Positions 9,601 through 19,500 of a DNA stretch of 64,000 nucleotides are shown here, piece after piece. This DNA comes from a virus. The notes beneath the pieces are model-generated. The model worked only from the letters and a program-made list of their open reading frames with translations, was not told the DNA's origin and did not search any database. Location of the stretch: positions 15,615-79,614 of IMG/VR virus record IMGVR_UViG_3300026473_000477; one strand, given 5' to 3'. How positions within the stretch are numbered: the stretch's first letter is position 1; each line of letters starts with the position of its first letter. Both the position numbers and the translations under genes were made by a program.

Positions 9601-11113
9601 ATGGCAAGGAAGACTTAGTAAGGGCGATGTAATTCGTGCGCATACCGACGGAGCTGCGGCTACGGATAATGATGCCGTTAAATTCACAATCTCTAAAGTC
9701 GGCAAGCCTAACGTAGAAGCTGTTGATGTCACTCCATTTATTGATATTCCTCAAGAGAAAAGACAGACTGCGGTTTATACAGCTTTAACGTACACTACAG
9801 CTACATTCCCAGTTAAGATTAGCTCACTTGCCACTTCTACAACTGGGTCTTCAATCTTTACAGTAGATAACTCTGGTGCTTCATCTAGGATAGTTGCTCT
9901 TAAGGATTGCACTTTAGATATTCATTATAACTCACTAATCTCTGCGTCTGGTGCGAGCTTAATCGTAAGAAAGAATGGTATTGCGGTTAATATTTTGGCT
10001 GGAACATCCACGCATAACACTGGACAAGGCGATACTGTTTCTGGTGAGTTGTTTTTAGCGACAGGTGAATATATTGAAATTGGATCAAGCGCTGGAACTG
10101 TTTCAAGTGCTGGTGCTAACGGATCATTAGTATTATCCGCCAAAGCTAACTCATCTCAAATTCTATCTGAGGTTGAGACATTCAGTACTGATACTGCATC
10201 ATTAACTTACGCCTCAAGTGCTTTATATACATTAGCTACTTTACCTAACTCTCCAATTGGCACATATATCACATTTACGTATGCAGCTAATACGAATACA
10301 AGAACTCAGACAACTACTAGACCTACTCAGACTGATGCTGACATGAATGCAAATGGTTTCTTGATTACAGCAAGAGCTTATAATGCTGCTTCTGTGGCGG
10401 CTACTCCAAGTACGTTTGTTGTGAACGTAGGCAAAGGGTACAGTGGTCAGCTTTTAGAGATATTTAAAAATGCTGGGCAACTTCTAAAGGGTAGCTTTGA
10501 TTATTACGTTCTTGGAACAAATGGGTATGGAGCATTAGTTAAAGACTATAACCCTACGACTGGTCTATTATTTATTGATGCTGGTGCGGTTGATGCTACA
10601 GTAACAAACGTTCATTTATTTACGTTTGAAGATGTTTCTCAAGCATCTACAGGTTACGTTACATTCACAGCATCTAAAAACCCTGCACTTACAGGAGTAT
10701 TTGTTCCAGAGGTAATCTCTGCATCTTACTTCTTATCAGCTAACCAATCAGTAACAGCTAACACCCAAATTAACTTTGATAGCAAAGAGTTTGATACTCA
10801 CAATGCTGTAACAACAGGGGTTGGAGTTTGGAAGTTTACTGCACCAGAGAGTGGATTTTATTCACTTCAAGGAGTTACTGACCAGGTTACTGCTGGAATT
10901 TTTCTTGTTGCTTATAAAAATGGAGTGGCTCACAAGTCGGTAAGTTATGATTCAACTGGAAACTTGGCTGGTATAGTTAGTGCAGTAATTAAGTTAAACA
11001 AGGGTGAGTTTATTGATGTTAGACCAGCCGTAACTGCTACATTTAATGGTGCTGGACTTCAAGCAGGTAACGCTGGTGTCACTCATATTTCAATCACAAG
11101 GGTAGGTAAATAA
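6629..11113 (+). CDS. Large tail fibre / receptor-binding protein with C1q-like modules
   Basis: 1494 aa; HINDxIDAHDASAIS repeats, DPTDPQDAATKAYVD motif, poly-Gly hinge, C-terminal INFD...FTAPESGFY C1q-like domain. Confidence 0.8.
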   Translation: MISKKRFKRGIVIKPDTEVLEGINGELKVDSADSKIKTTLGGTPHEVITNDQMQTLTNKSIDADNNTISNLEVDNLKAGVLDTDLNMVSPMDDTIPSAKATKAYVDAAAATADANLQAHINDAIDAHDASAISNIPFGTISSTDVQSAINELDGDIQGHINDMIDAHDASAISVIPTGNLLSDNVQDALVELQLENDTQVVGPAMATDNAIARFDGTTGKLIQDSNVTVSDLGDVVTPASVTADTITGTSSVTSPIVNANTKLNTPEVSSAGSLTLSPATHTSNSNKQIKDVADPTDPQDAATKAYVDGASANVEILDEGVSITGTVESINFVGAGVTATAVGNDVTVNIPGGGGGGGTGVGDLDTIFTDDFETSVLADYIQVGLAIVTANALHDNFSARLIHQTATPTPGLTQYFERTIPLDDAFQKKVVEFAVKLKSTASSGNITVSVKDQLGATLYSGVLESNSRQIANLTTTTGSATVGGFTNANIMTVEVNQLVTGTGIPTGTYITAVNTGALTVTLSANATATGTTTLSFSSESLEQKFTFTTLENTTSLVYRINALVQNGLPESYFDDVVIKLADAYENNVALIEEEDTAIVAAGNNGEVITVDVTNIPFNLVSSKGSDILSGVGTYTALESGLYNFTGSVFFTAAATRAIRIYVNGVVLRTVSDSPNAAQFKFDVSNINLMAGDIVSFRANATGGTLSNSTTLHWINISKQGSLKQIVTNGESKISIPTSELRFEGASTRGTTNTQVVRFDNVTKVRGGDLTYTNTATNGTEITFLKSGLVNIQTQYITVAGQNVYIAKNALTQAATNGETALAINVNGSTGNFTEAIYSGFIKAGDVVRVLAGVNPTADIRNSLNITFQAQEIQVSVSNTLPQFSDSDTSIRLDTANGYGSVGTKIRRFLNLRENFDKDVTYIPSAINGDSFLILEDGIYNISYTDYQNAVRVGITLNSNNISTNVSTLALNPNNEVLALVATGVIDIECASWQGRLSKGDVIRAHTDGAAATDNDAVKFTISKVGKPNVEAVDVTPFIDIPQEKRQTAVYTALTYTTATFPVKISSLATSTTGSSIFTVDNSGASSRIVALKDCTLDIHYNSLISASGASLIVRKNGIAVNILAGTSTHNTGQGDTVSGELFLATGEYIEIGSSAGTVSSAGANGSLVLSAKANSSQILSEVETFSTDTASLTYASSALYTLATLPNSPIGTYITFTYAANTNTRTQTTTRPTQTDADMNANGFLITARAYNAASVAATPSTFVVNVGKGYSGQLLEIFKNAGQLLKGSFDYYVLGTNGYGALVKDYNPTTGLLFIDAGAVDATVTNVHLFTFEDVSQASTGYVTFTASKNPALTGVFVPEVISASYFLSANQSVTANTQINFDSKEFDTHNAVTTGVGVWKFTAPESGFYSLQGVTDQVTAGIFLVAYKNGVAHKSVSYDSTGNLAGIVSAVIKLNKGEFIDVRPAVTATFNGAGLQAGNAGVTHISITRVGK

Positions 11114-11541
11114 TGTTTCGCTTACATATTAAATCACTCATTCATGGTAATGCTTGGCTTGACTTCCCAACTATGAGAGAGCTTGAGGCTAAATTATTAG
11201 AACTAAGGTCATCACTTCATTGGGGTGTAGAGGCTTATGATCAAGTCATTGAAGCTCAAGACGCTGTACTGGATGAGGAAGGTAACGTCATCCAAGAGGC
11301 GGTTGAGGCTCAAGTTATTCATCATGAAGGTTCGGTTGAATACGAGATTGAAGACCTGACTAATAAGGTTAATCAAGAAAAGATTAATAAGGAAGCTTTA
11401 CAGTTTCTTAACGATTCGGATTGGAAAATTTTACGTCACAAAGATCAGCTTGATTTAGGTGTTGAAACTAGTCTAACTGCTGAAGAGTTTACAGCTCTTA
11501 TCCAAGAAAGACAAAATGCCAGACTTAGGATTGTTAAATGA
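11113..11541 (+). CDS. Tail fibre assembly chaperone-like protein
   Basis: Directly after the fibre (TAATG overlap); FLNDSDWKILR...RQNAR pattern. Confidence 0.6.
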   Translation: MFRLHIKSLIHGNAWLDFPTMRELEAKLLELRSSLHWGVEAYDQVIEAQDAVLDEEGNVIQEAVEAQVIHHEGSVEYEIEDLTNKVNQEKINKEALQFLNDSDWKILRHKDQLDLGVETSLTAEEFTALIQERQNARLRIVK

Positions 11542-11825
11542 TTGCTAAAATAAAAGAAATCATTAATAAGCTAAACGATAAAGGTATTCCTCTGCCTCTC
11601 GTGAGAAATCATGGGGTTGGCTCTGTTTCCTTAACAGTTTTCATTTTATCAACAATTACAATGATTTTATCTTTATTTAAAGTTGGTAATTTAAACGCTT
11701 GGGAATCTTTAGCTTGGTTTGTAACTTGTGCTGCTCTTTATCACAATAAACGAGTTAAATTTACTAAGGACGAGTTTTCCATTGGCGAAGAAAAAGCTGC
11801 CAATAGTCCTGAAGTTAAAGAATAA
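11538..11825 (+). CDS. Small two-TM membrane protein (holin-like candidate)
   Basis: Two hydrophobic segments and a charged C-tail. Confidence 0.4.
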   Translation: MIAKIKEIINKLNDKGIPLPLVRNHGVGSVSLTVFILSTITMILSLFKVGNLNAWESLAWFVTCAALYHNKRVKFTKDEFSIGEEKAANSPEVKE

Positions 11826-11858
11826 CACATAGCACTATAATTTATTGCTATAATATAA

Positions 11859-13958
11859 GTGACTAATATGACAAATAAAAACGTATCATTTTATGATCCA
11901 GGATTAGTAGTAAAAGATGTTCATGAGAAAGATGCTCATGCTATACGAACTTTTGAATCAAAGTCTGTCGTTACTGGAGCATTTAGTCATTTTGATATCA
12001 CTTATAATGTTGACAATAATCCAGAAAAGATTGTTTACTATATTGGAAGAAGCCAACAATTAACTGAAGTTATCACACTTCCAGCCACTAGTTTAAATAA
12101 CAAATATTTTACAATCAGATTTAATCCTTCCAATAAGCTATTGGTAATTTGGTATAATCTTGACAATACTGGAACTCAGCCAGTAATTCCTGACGCTGAA
12201 TTTCTTGAAGTAAACATTGCCACTGGAGATTCATCTTCAATTGTAGCATTGGCTACAAAACTAGCTCTTGGAACTTTATCTCAATATTTCCAAACAGATT
12301 TAACAAGAAATAATCTATCAATTAGAACGGTTCAAACTGGACTAGTGGACGACTCAACAGCTGGAACTAGTGGTTTTACTGTTGTTACTACAGCTGGAAC
12401 AGAAGAGATTGTTACAATTGTTGATCTAGATTATAATGGTCAGAATCCAATTTGGGAAGGTCAAGAATTAATTGACTATAAACTCAATCCTTACACTGGA
12501 TTATTTGAGCAAAATACGACTTATCAGAATGATTTAATAACTGATGAGCTTATAAAAGCCAATGAATCTTTAGATGCTATAGAAGCTGATACTGATTTAA
12601 TTAGAATAGCAGTACAGTCTATTGATTTAGATTTTGATGTGCCGTTATCAACAAGGGCTACAGAAACTACTCAATTACAAAATAAACAAGAATTAATTGA
12701 TATTAATTTAGAATTAGATAATATTTCATTAATCTTGGAAACTTTTGACAGAGGTTACGGATTAGTAACAAATGAGACTTTAAGAACTGCTGCTCAAATT
12801 GGAAATGCTACTGGAGCTGCTGACTTTAACGAAGGTGCTACTAGTGCGCAAACTTTAAGAACATCTTCCAACCAAGGATTACCAAATACAATTGCTAACG
12901 CTTGGACTGTAAAGTTAACTGATGGAACTGATAACGTAATTTTTACTCCGGTTAAAGATGAATTACACTTTAATGGAAGTCAGTTTGGTTCTCCAAGTTT
13001 TGGACTAGATAGAAGTAATCCTAGAAAATGGCGACCTATTCAAGTTGATACTAATGGGTCAATTTCAGCACATGCTGTTAGAGCTGATGGTGGAGAAGTA
13101 AGTTACGGTGCAGGGTCAACCGACTCTGGTACTCAACGTGTAACTGCAAATATAACAAGAAACGGAACTGAGCTTAGTTATAATAATGGAACTTCTGATG
13201 CAAATACTCAAAGAGTTTCTGCAAATATAAAGCTAGAAGGAAATGCTCCAGATACGAATTACGGAGCAATTTCAGCTAATACAATAAGAGTGGCTTCTCA
13301 AGTTGGAAATGCAACAGGAGCAGCGGATTTTAATGCTGGAGTAACTGGAGCGCAAACTCCTAGAGTTACAGCTAACATTACCCGAAATGGTACAGAATTA
13401 AGTTATAATGATGGAACTAGTGACGCAAATACTCAACGTGTCTCTGCCAATTTAACAAGAAATGGAACTCAGCTGAGTTATAATATTGGAGCTGCTGATG
13501 CTAATACGATCAGAGTAGCATCACAATTACATAATGGAACTGCTTCAGCTGATTATAACGCTGGAATAACTGGAGCTAATACTTTACGTACAGCTGCCAA
13601 TGTTTATGGATTTGATGGAACTAATTTACGTCAAGTAAAAACTGACACTACTGGATCTGTTGAGACTTATAAGAATTTAAGATCAATTACAGATGTAACC
13701 AAAACACTAGTGGCAAATACAGTTACTTTATGTGCTGTTGGAGCTTCTAACTTATCTGGAAGAAAATATCTTAAAATCGTAAATAATGGAACTGTTGCAG
13801 CTTACATATCATCAAGAAACAACGTAACAACAACAGGTTCTACTAAAGGTGAGACTTTATTTCCAAATCAAGAAATAGTATTAGAAGTAACTGATGCGCA
13901 GAGTATATACATTATTTCAGCACTAGCTATTGAAATATTTATCCAAGAGGGATTATAA
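11859..13958 (+). CDS. Fibre-like virion protein with ~24-aa internal repeats
   Basis: Repeats of GNATGAADFNxG...RV and RNGTELSYNxGxSDANTQRV. Confidence 0.65.
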   Translation: MTNMTNKNVSFYDPGLVVKDVHEKDAHAIRTFESKSVVTGAFSHFDITYNVDNNPEKIVYYIGRSQQLTEVITLPATSLNNKYFTIRFNPSNKLLVIWYNLDNTGTQPVIPDAEFLEVNIATGDSSSIVALATKLALGTLSQYFQTDLTRNNLSIRTVQTGLVDDSTAGTSGFTVVTTAGTEEIVTIVDLDYNGQNPIWEGQELIDYKLNPYTGLFEQNTTYQNDLITDELIKANESLDAIEADTDLIRIAVQSIDLDFDVPLSTRATETTQLQNKQELIDINLELDNISLILETFDRGYGLVTNETLRTAAQIGNATGAADFNEGATSAQTLRTSSNQGLPNTIANAWTVKLTDGTDNVIFTPVKDELHFNGSQFGSPSFGLDRSNPRKWRPIQVDTNGSISAHAVRADGGEVSYGAGSTDSGTQRVTANITRNGTELSYNNGTSDANTQRVSANIKLEGNAPDTNYGAISANTIRVASQVGNATGAADFNAGVTGAQTPRVTANITRNGTELSYNDGTSDANTQRVSANLTRNGTQLSYNIGAADANTIRVASQLHNGTASADYNAGITGANTLRTAANVYGFDGTNLRQVKTDTTGSVETYKNLRSITDVTKTLVANTVTLCAVGASNLSGRKYLKIVNNGTVAAYISSRNNVTTTGSTKGETLFPNQEIVLEVTDAQSIYIISALAIEIFIQEGL

Positions 13959-14743
13959 TGTATTCTAATAAATCTCCACATTCTAGAGGAATGCCATTTG
14001 ATAACTCATCAAACGGCTTTACTGCGATTATTAACCAAGATGCTATAGAAGAGGCTAAATTAACCAATCCAGCGTTTAAAACGCATTTATTTGATGATTT
14101 TATTACTGGAACAATTAACTCTACTTTAGGTTGGGCACAAGCTGTAAATGCCACTGGAAGTTTTACTTTACCTGGGGTTGTTATTAATTCTCCCGGAGTA
14201 ATCGCTGCTAACGTGACTACTGGAACTTTACAGCCACAGGGATCAGCTAACTTCAATCTTGGAACAAATAATATTCAATTAGGTGGAGGTCAACTGACTT
14301 TCATGTGGAGAATTAATATTCCAGTTTTAGCAACAGCGGCTCAAGATTATAACGTACAGTTTGGTTTAGGTAACTTAACAGCTGGAGAATATACTTCTGG
14401 AGTTTATTTTAGATATAATAGAGCTACAAGTGCTAACTGGTTGATTGTTAGTGCCAATGCTGGAACAAGAACTACAACGATTACAACTACTCCGGTCACA
14501 GCTAATACTTATTATGTTTTAAAAGCCGTGGTTAACGCTACTGCTACTAGTGTTGAATATTTCATTTCTACCAATAGCGGAGCTTTTGTGTCAGTTGGAA
14601 CAATTACTACAAATATTCCAACCACTCCAGATATTGCACCAGCTTTGACTATGACTAATATTGCTGGAACTAACAATAAACAGACACTTATAGACTTTTT
14701 TGAATTATTACAAGTATTTACAACAAAAAGGTATATCCCATGA
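13958..14743 (+). CDS. Virion structural protein (Thr-rich beta-sandwich-like)
   Basis: 261 aa, T/G/N-rich, coupled to the previous gene. Confidence 0.55.
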   Translation: MYSNKSPHSRGMPFDNSSNGFTAIINQDAIEEAKLTNPAFKTHLFDDFITGTINSTLGWAQAVNATGSFTLPGVVINSPGVIAANVTTGTLQPQGSANFNLGTNNIQLGGGQLTFMWRINIPVLATAAQDYNVQFGLGNLTAGEYTSGVYFRYNRATSANWLIVSANAGTRTTTITTTPVTANTYYVLKAVVNATATSVEYFISTNSGAFVSVGTITTNIPTTPDIAPALTMTNIAGTNNKQTLIDFFELLQVFTTKRYIP

Positions 14744-14908
14744 AGTATTTATTAGTTATTGAAGATGTTCAATTTCATGAATTTCTGGACTTACTGGTAT
14801 GTAAAGAATTTGCCACTAAATCTGGAAAAAACTATAAAATATATAAAATTGATCAAACTTTAATAGAAGAACGTAATATCTGATACTTAGAAGATTTCAT
14901 AAATATTT

Positions 14909-14922
14909 AATATTGCTATTAT
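14909..14922 (+). promoter_or_regulatory. Putative late-promoter motif variant
   Basis: AATATTGCTATTAT upstream of the AAGGAG-preceded ATG at 14958. Confidence 0.55.
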
Positions 14923-14957
14923 ATGGTATAGCAAAAATTCTGTAAGGAGAATTTACA

Positions 14958-15308
14958 ATGGAAGACATGAAGAAAAAAGCCAGAATTGGTATGTTAAAAG
15001 AACTATCAAAAGAGATGGCAGATGGTCAGTATGGTGACTTGAAAGAGAAAATGGCAGGAAAACAGCTTAATAAAGTAACTGTTATGTCAGACTCTCCAGA
15101 AGGTCTAAAGAAAGGCTTGTCAAAAGCTGAAGAGATCATGAAAAAGAAGTCAGAACTAATGGGCGAATCTGAAGATTCTGATGAAGAAATGGAAGATGAA
15201 GCTGAAGAGATGGAGCAAGAAGAACCATCTGAAATGGAAGATGAGTCTCCAGAAGCTATCCAAGCTAAGATTGAAGAATTAAAAGCTAAATTAGCAAAAT
15301 TATCTTAA
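14958..15308 (+). CDS. Acidic helical protein
   Basis: 116 aa with a D/E-rich tract; strong SD. Confidence 0.65.
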   Translation: MEDMKKKARIGMLKELSKEMADGQYGDLKEKMAGKQLNKVTVMSDSPEGLKKGLSKAEEIMKKKSELMGESEDSDEEMEDEAEEMEQEEPSEMEDESPEAIQAKIEELKAKLAKLS

Positions 15309-15322
15309 TTTAAAGAGGTTGT

Positions 15323-16522
15323 ATGTCAAGCGTATTGACTACCGATAGATTGCTTAAAACAATCAAGCGTAGAGGTTTTATACCGAACTCTCAAGAAAGC
15401 TTTACTGATGCTGACTTCTTGGAAATTGCCACTGAAGAAATGAACTTTGGTATTATTCCAATGATGATCAGAGCGCAAGAAGAACATCTTGTCTATACAA
15501 TTGATATTCCTTTTGAATTAGGTAAACGTAATTATGCTATTCCAACAAGAGCGCATGGTAATAAAGTCCGTGATGTCTCTTTGATTGATACTAATGGTAA
15601 TATTTACGAAATGTTCAGATACTCAATTGATGAAATCCCTGACTTTAGTAAATCTAATTTTAGAACTGAAAGTAGAGGATTTTACATTCAAAATAATGAA
15701 ATTATTTTACTTGGAGAAGGTCAGCTTAGTTATAAAGCTTTAAGATTTTATATCTATCTCAGACCAAATGCTTTAGTTCCTTTTGATAATGGTGGAGTTT
15801 CGACTTCTCTAACGTCAATATTTGAAACAGATAACTTGAACCCTTACAGTCAAGTTGCCACAAATATTGCTATTGGAGTTGATTCTATTATAACTTTACC
15901 AACAACTGAAGGTTTGACTAGTGGAGACTTTGTTCTCATTACATCATCAAACTCTACTCCAAGTATTGATGGACTTAGAAGTGTAACTGTGCTTTCTTCT
16001 ACTCAAATAAAAGTAGAAGGAGTTAATGTTACTGTTGCTGGGACTAGTGCCAATGTCACTAAACAATTAGAATGCGTTAGTTTCTCATTAGCTAAATTTC
16101 CTAAAAACTTTGCCATTGGTAGTCTTTATGATTTTACTCAAAAAGATTCTCCAAATAAGATTATTCATTGGGACGTTCCGGTAAATACAATTAATTTTAA
16201 CGCTAAACAAATATCGTTTCCTAAGAGCCTAATCTCTAAAGTCCAACTTGGAGATTTTATTACTTTGGCTGAAGAAAGCATTGTTCCAAATATTCCAGTA
16301 GAACTACATCCGATACTGGCTCAAAGAGTTGCTATTGCTTGTTTAGAATCTATGGGAGATGAGCAAGGTAAGCAGTCAGCAGAAAGAAAGCTTAAAGAAA
16401 TGGAAACAAGCGTAATGACGCTAATAGATAATAGAGTTGAAGCTGCCAATGTCAAAATTAAAAATAGACATGGAGTTCTTCAACAAGCAACAAGAAGTAG
16501 ATTAAAAAGATATTCAAGATAA
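15323..16522 (+). CDS. Head-tail adaptor / tail tubular protein A-like
   Basis: Helical N- and C-termini around a beta core (IPVELHPILAQRVA); lies just before the nozzle-like gene. Confidence 0.55.
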   Translation: MSSVLTTDRLLKTIKRRGFIPNSQESFTDADFLEIATEEMNFGIIPMMIRAQEEHLVYTIDIPFELGKRNYAIPTRAHGNKVRDVSLIDTNGNIYEMFRYSIDEIPDFSKSNFRTESRGFYIQNNEIILLGEGQLSYKALRFYIYLRPNALVPFDNGGVSTSLTSIFETDNLNPYSQVATNIAIGVDSIITLPTTEGLTSGDFVLITSSNSTPSIDGLRSVTVLSSTQIKVEGVNVTVAGTSANVTKQLECVSFSLAKFPKNFAIGSLYDFTQKDSPNKIIHWDVPVNTINFNAKQISFPKSLISKVQLGDFITLAEESIVPNIPVELHPILAQRVAIACLESMGDEQGKQSAERKLKEMETSVMTLIDNRVEAANVKIKNRHGVLQQATRSRLKRYSR

Positions 16523-16531
16523 GGATGATTA

Positions 16532-19500
16532 ATGAGTAGTCTAACTTCGTCTCGTGGGTTAATTACAAACAGCTCTGAACTCACAAGAGCTGATGGGGCT
16601 TTAACTGAAGCTGATAATGTTGTTATTGATGCAGATAACGTAATTGAGCAAAGAAGAGGCTTTGGAGAGTATGGACAGCTCACTTTGGATAATACATACG
16701 TTAAACAAATTCTTGCTTACAAAAATAGCATATTTCGCCACTATTCATCCACACTCGAATATGATTCAGATGGTAATGGTAACTTTGTTGCATTTGATGG
16801 AGACTATTCTGAAGTAGTTTCTGGACTTAGAATAAAATCAGCTGAACTTAATGGTAACTTTTTCTTCACTACATCAGATGGTATTAAGAAAATATCAGCT
16901 TTATCTAACTCAGAGTTCACCTCTAATAGCGGATATATTACCACAGCTGGTGGAGTAAAAGCCACTAGTTTGATTTCTAAAATTATGCCAGATGATTCTG
17001 GATTCTTACCAGCTCAATCTAAAGTTTCCTATAGGTTAGTTTGGGGAACAAAAGATGTAAATAATGTACTTGTTTTAGGTTCTCCAAGTTCGAGATCGAT
17101 TGTCTCAAATACATCAAAAGATATTAATATTGGTGAATCGTTTCTAGTAAGCGTTATCAACTATACACTAATTACTGACGGCTCTTTCTTTACATTTGAC
17201 ACACCAAATAATAAATATGCTCCTTATTTTATAACGACTGCTATGACTCCAATCCCAGCTGATGCTCAGATTGTAAATAGACAGCTTGTTCCGATTGATA
17301 TTCAAGGATTAACAACTAATGCACAAGTTGCTGCCAGAATTGGTACATCTTTGGCTGCTTTATCAGATATTAGCGTTGAAGTATCAGGAAATGATGTTAC
17401 AGTTTCTAATAATGATGGAGGAGATGTCTTAGATGCTTCTCAAGGAAATGTTGCCATTGGTGCATTAACAGTTTCTACAGTATTTGACGGACAGACATCA
17501 GCTGGAATTGCTGCTAATGTAGAACTTAGCTTCCAGATTCCAAGTAGAGTAAATACTAATTACTTTTATCAGCTATATAGAACTGCTTTCATTACAGCAG
17601 ACGCTTCTCAATTACTTTCAGATATTGACCCAGGTGACGAACATCAGTTAGTTTACGAAGCTCCAATTACTGATGCTGACGTTACTAATGGATTTATCAC
17701 AGTTACAGACATTACTCCAGATTCTTTTAGAGCTGGTAATGCTTTTCTTTACACAAATCCTGTCACTGGTGGAGGGATAATCTCAGCTAATGAAGCTCCT
17801 CCAATAGCTCAAGATATTGCTTTATTTAAAAACTCAATGTTCTTTGCTAATACAAAAGAATTACAAAGAAAGCAATTTAACTTACTTTCTGTTTCAGACT
17901 TCGTTTCTGGAATGTCTAAGCTTTACGTTGGGGATTCTAATATCTTCAGGTCTTACACTTTTGTAGGGACTAGTGAAATTACAGACTTCACAGTTCAACC
18001 AAGATCAACAACAACAGCAAATTCTTATATTATTATAAATTCAGCTAATAATGAGAGAACTTATAAAGTATGGTTTGATACTGGTATTGTGCCAATGGAG
18101 CCTATTGTTCCAAATACTATCTCTATTCGTGTTCCTCTTGCTCTCTATCCTGATACTAATGCTGGCTCGATACAAGCGTTTATAGACGCATTTGAAGGCA
18201 TTACAGACTTCTTCGTTGAAGATTTAATGGTAATGACTGGAGATCAAGTCAGAGTATCTTGTACTAATAATGGACCAGTTACCGATCCAGTAAATTCTAT
18301 GCCATCTTCTGGGTGGACATTTACTGTATTTCAACAAGGTACTGGAGAAAATCTTGCCACTGGTCAGATATTATTATCAGGTCTTGACTCAGTAGGTCAG
18401 GCTGTAGAAGAAACAGCTAGAAGTATCGAAAGAGTTATTAATGCTGACCCAATGTCTCCAGTAAATGCTTATTATTTATCTGGACTTGATGATCTTCCGG
18501 GGATATTATTACTTGAGGCTAGAAGTCTTGAAAACTCAGCTTTCTATTTGGCAATTTCAGACGCTATCTTGTCAACTAAATTCAATCCAAACTTACCAGT
18601 AAATAATACAATTACTGCGACAACTATTATGGGTAATTTATTTACCACTAGTGGAAACCATGGATACTTGGTTGGAAATCAGATTTATCTAAATGACGGA
18701 GTAATGTATAAAGGCGTTTATAAAATAGCCACAGTACCGGCTCCAAATCAATTTACTGTTACTGGACTTATGATAACTGTTGATCAGACTATGCTAACTG
18801 GTGTATCTTACTTAACCACAGTAGGATCTGATAATTCAGTTAATCCTAATAGATTATATTTCTCTAAAATATTACAACCTGAAGCAGTTCCTCTGGTTAA
18901 CTTTATTGACATTGGACCAAAAGATAAAGCTATCAGACGTATCTTAGCTTTAAGAGATTCATTGGTTGTTTTAAAAGACGATGGTGTTTATATTGTATCA
19001 GGTCCATCAGCTCCAAATTTCTCTGTACGACTAGTGGACAGTTCTGCCATTATTACTGCACCAGACACAGCTCAAAACCTCAATAACTTAATTTACATGC
19101 TTTCTACGCAAGGTGTCGTAACAGCTTCCGAAACTGGAGTATCTGTTATCTCAAGAAATATTGAGAATAGAATTACTGAAGTTACTAATAACAAGTATAA
19201 TTATAAAACTATTGGATTTGGTGTAACTTACGAATCTGACAGATCGTACATCATTTGGCTTCCAACTAAGGTAGCCGATGTTACTGCCACTCAAGCTTAT
19301 AGGTATAATACGTTTACTAGAGCTTGGACTAGATGGGATAAGCCAGCTACTTGTGGACTTACAAATCCAGCTGATGATAAAATTTATATTGGATCAGGTG
19401 ATAATAGAAAGTTCGTCTTAAAAGAAAGAAAGAACTTTGAAAGACAAGATTATGCTGACAGAGATTTTACTAGATCATTTCTGAATACGTCTTTCTTAGT

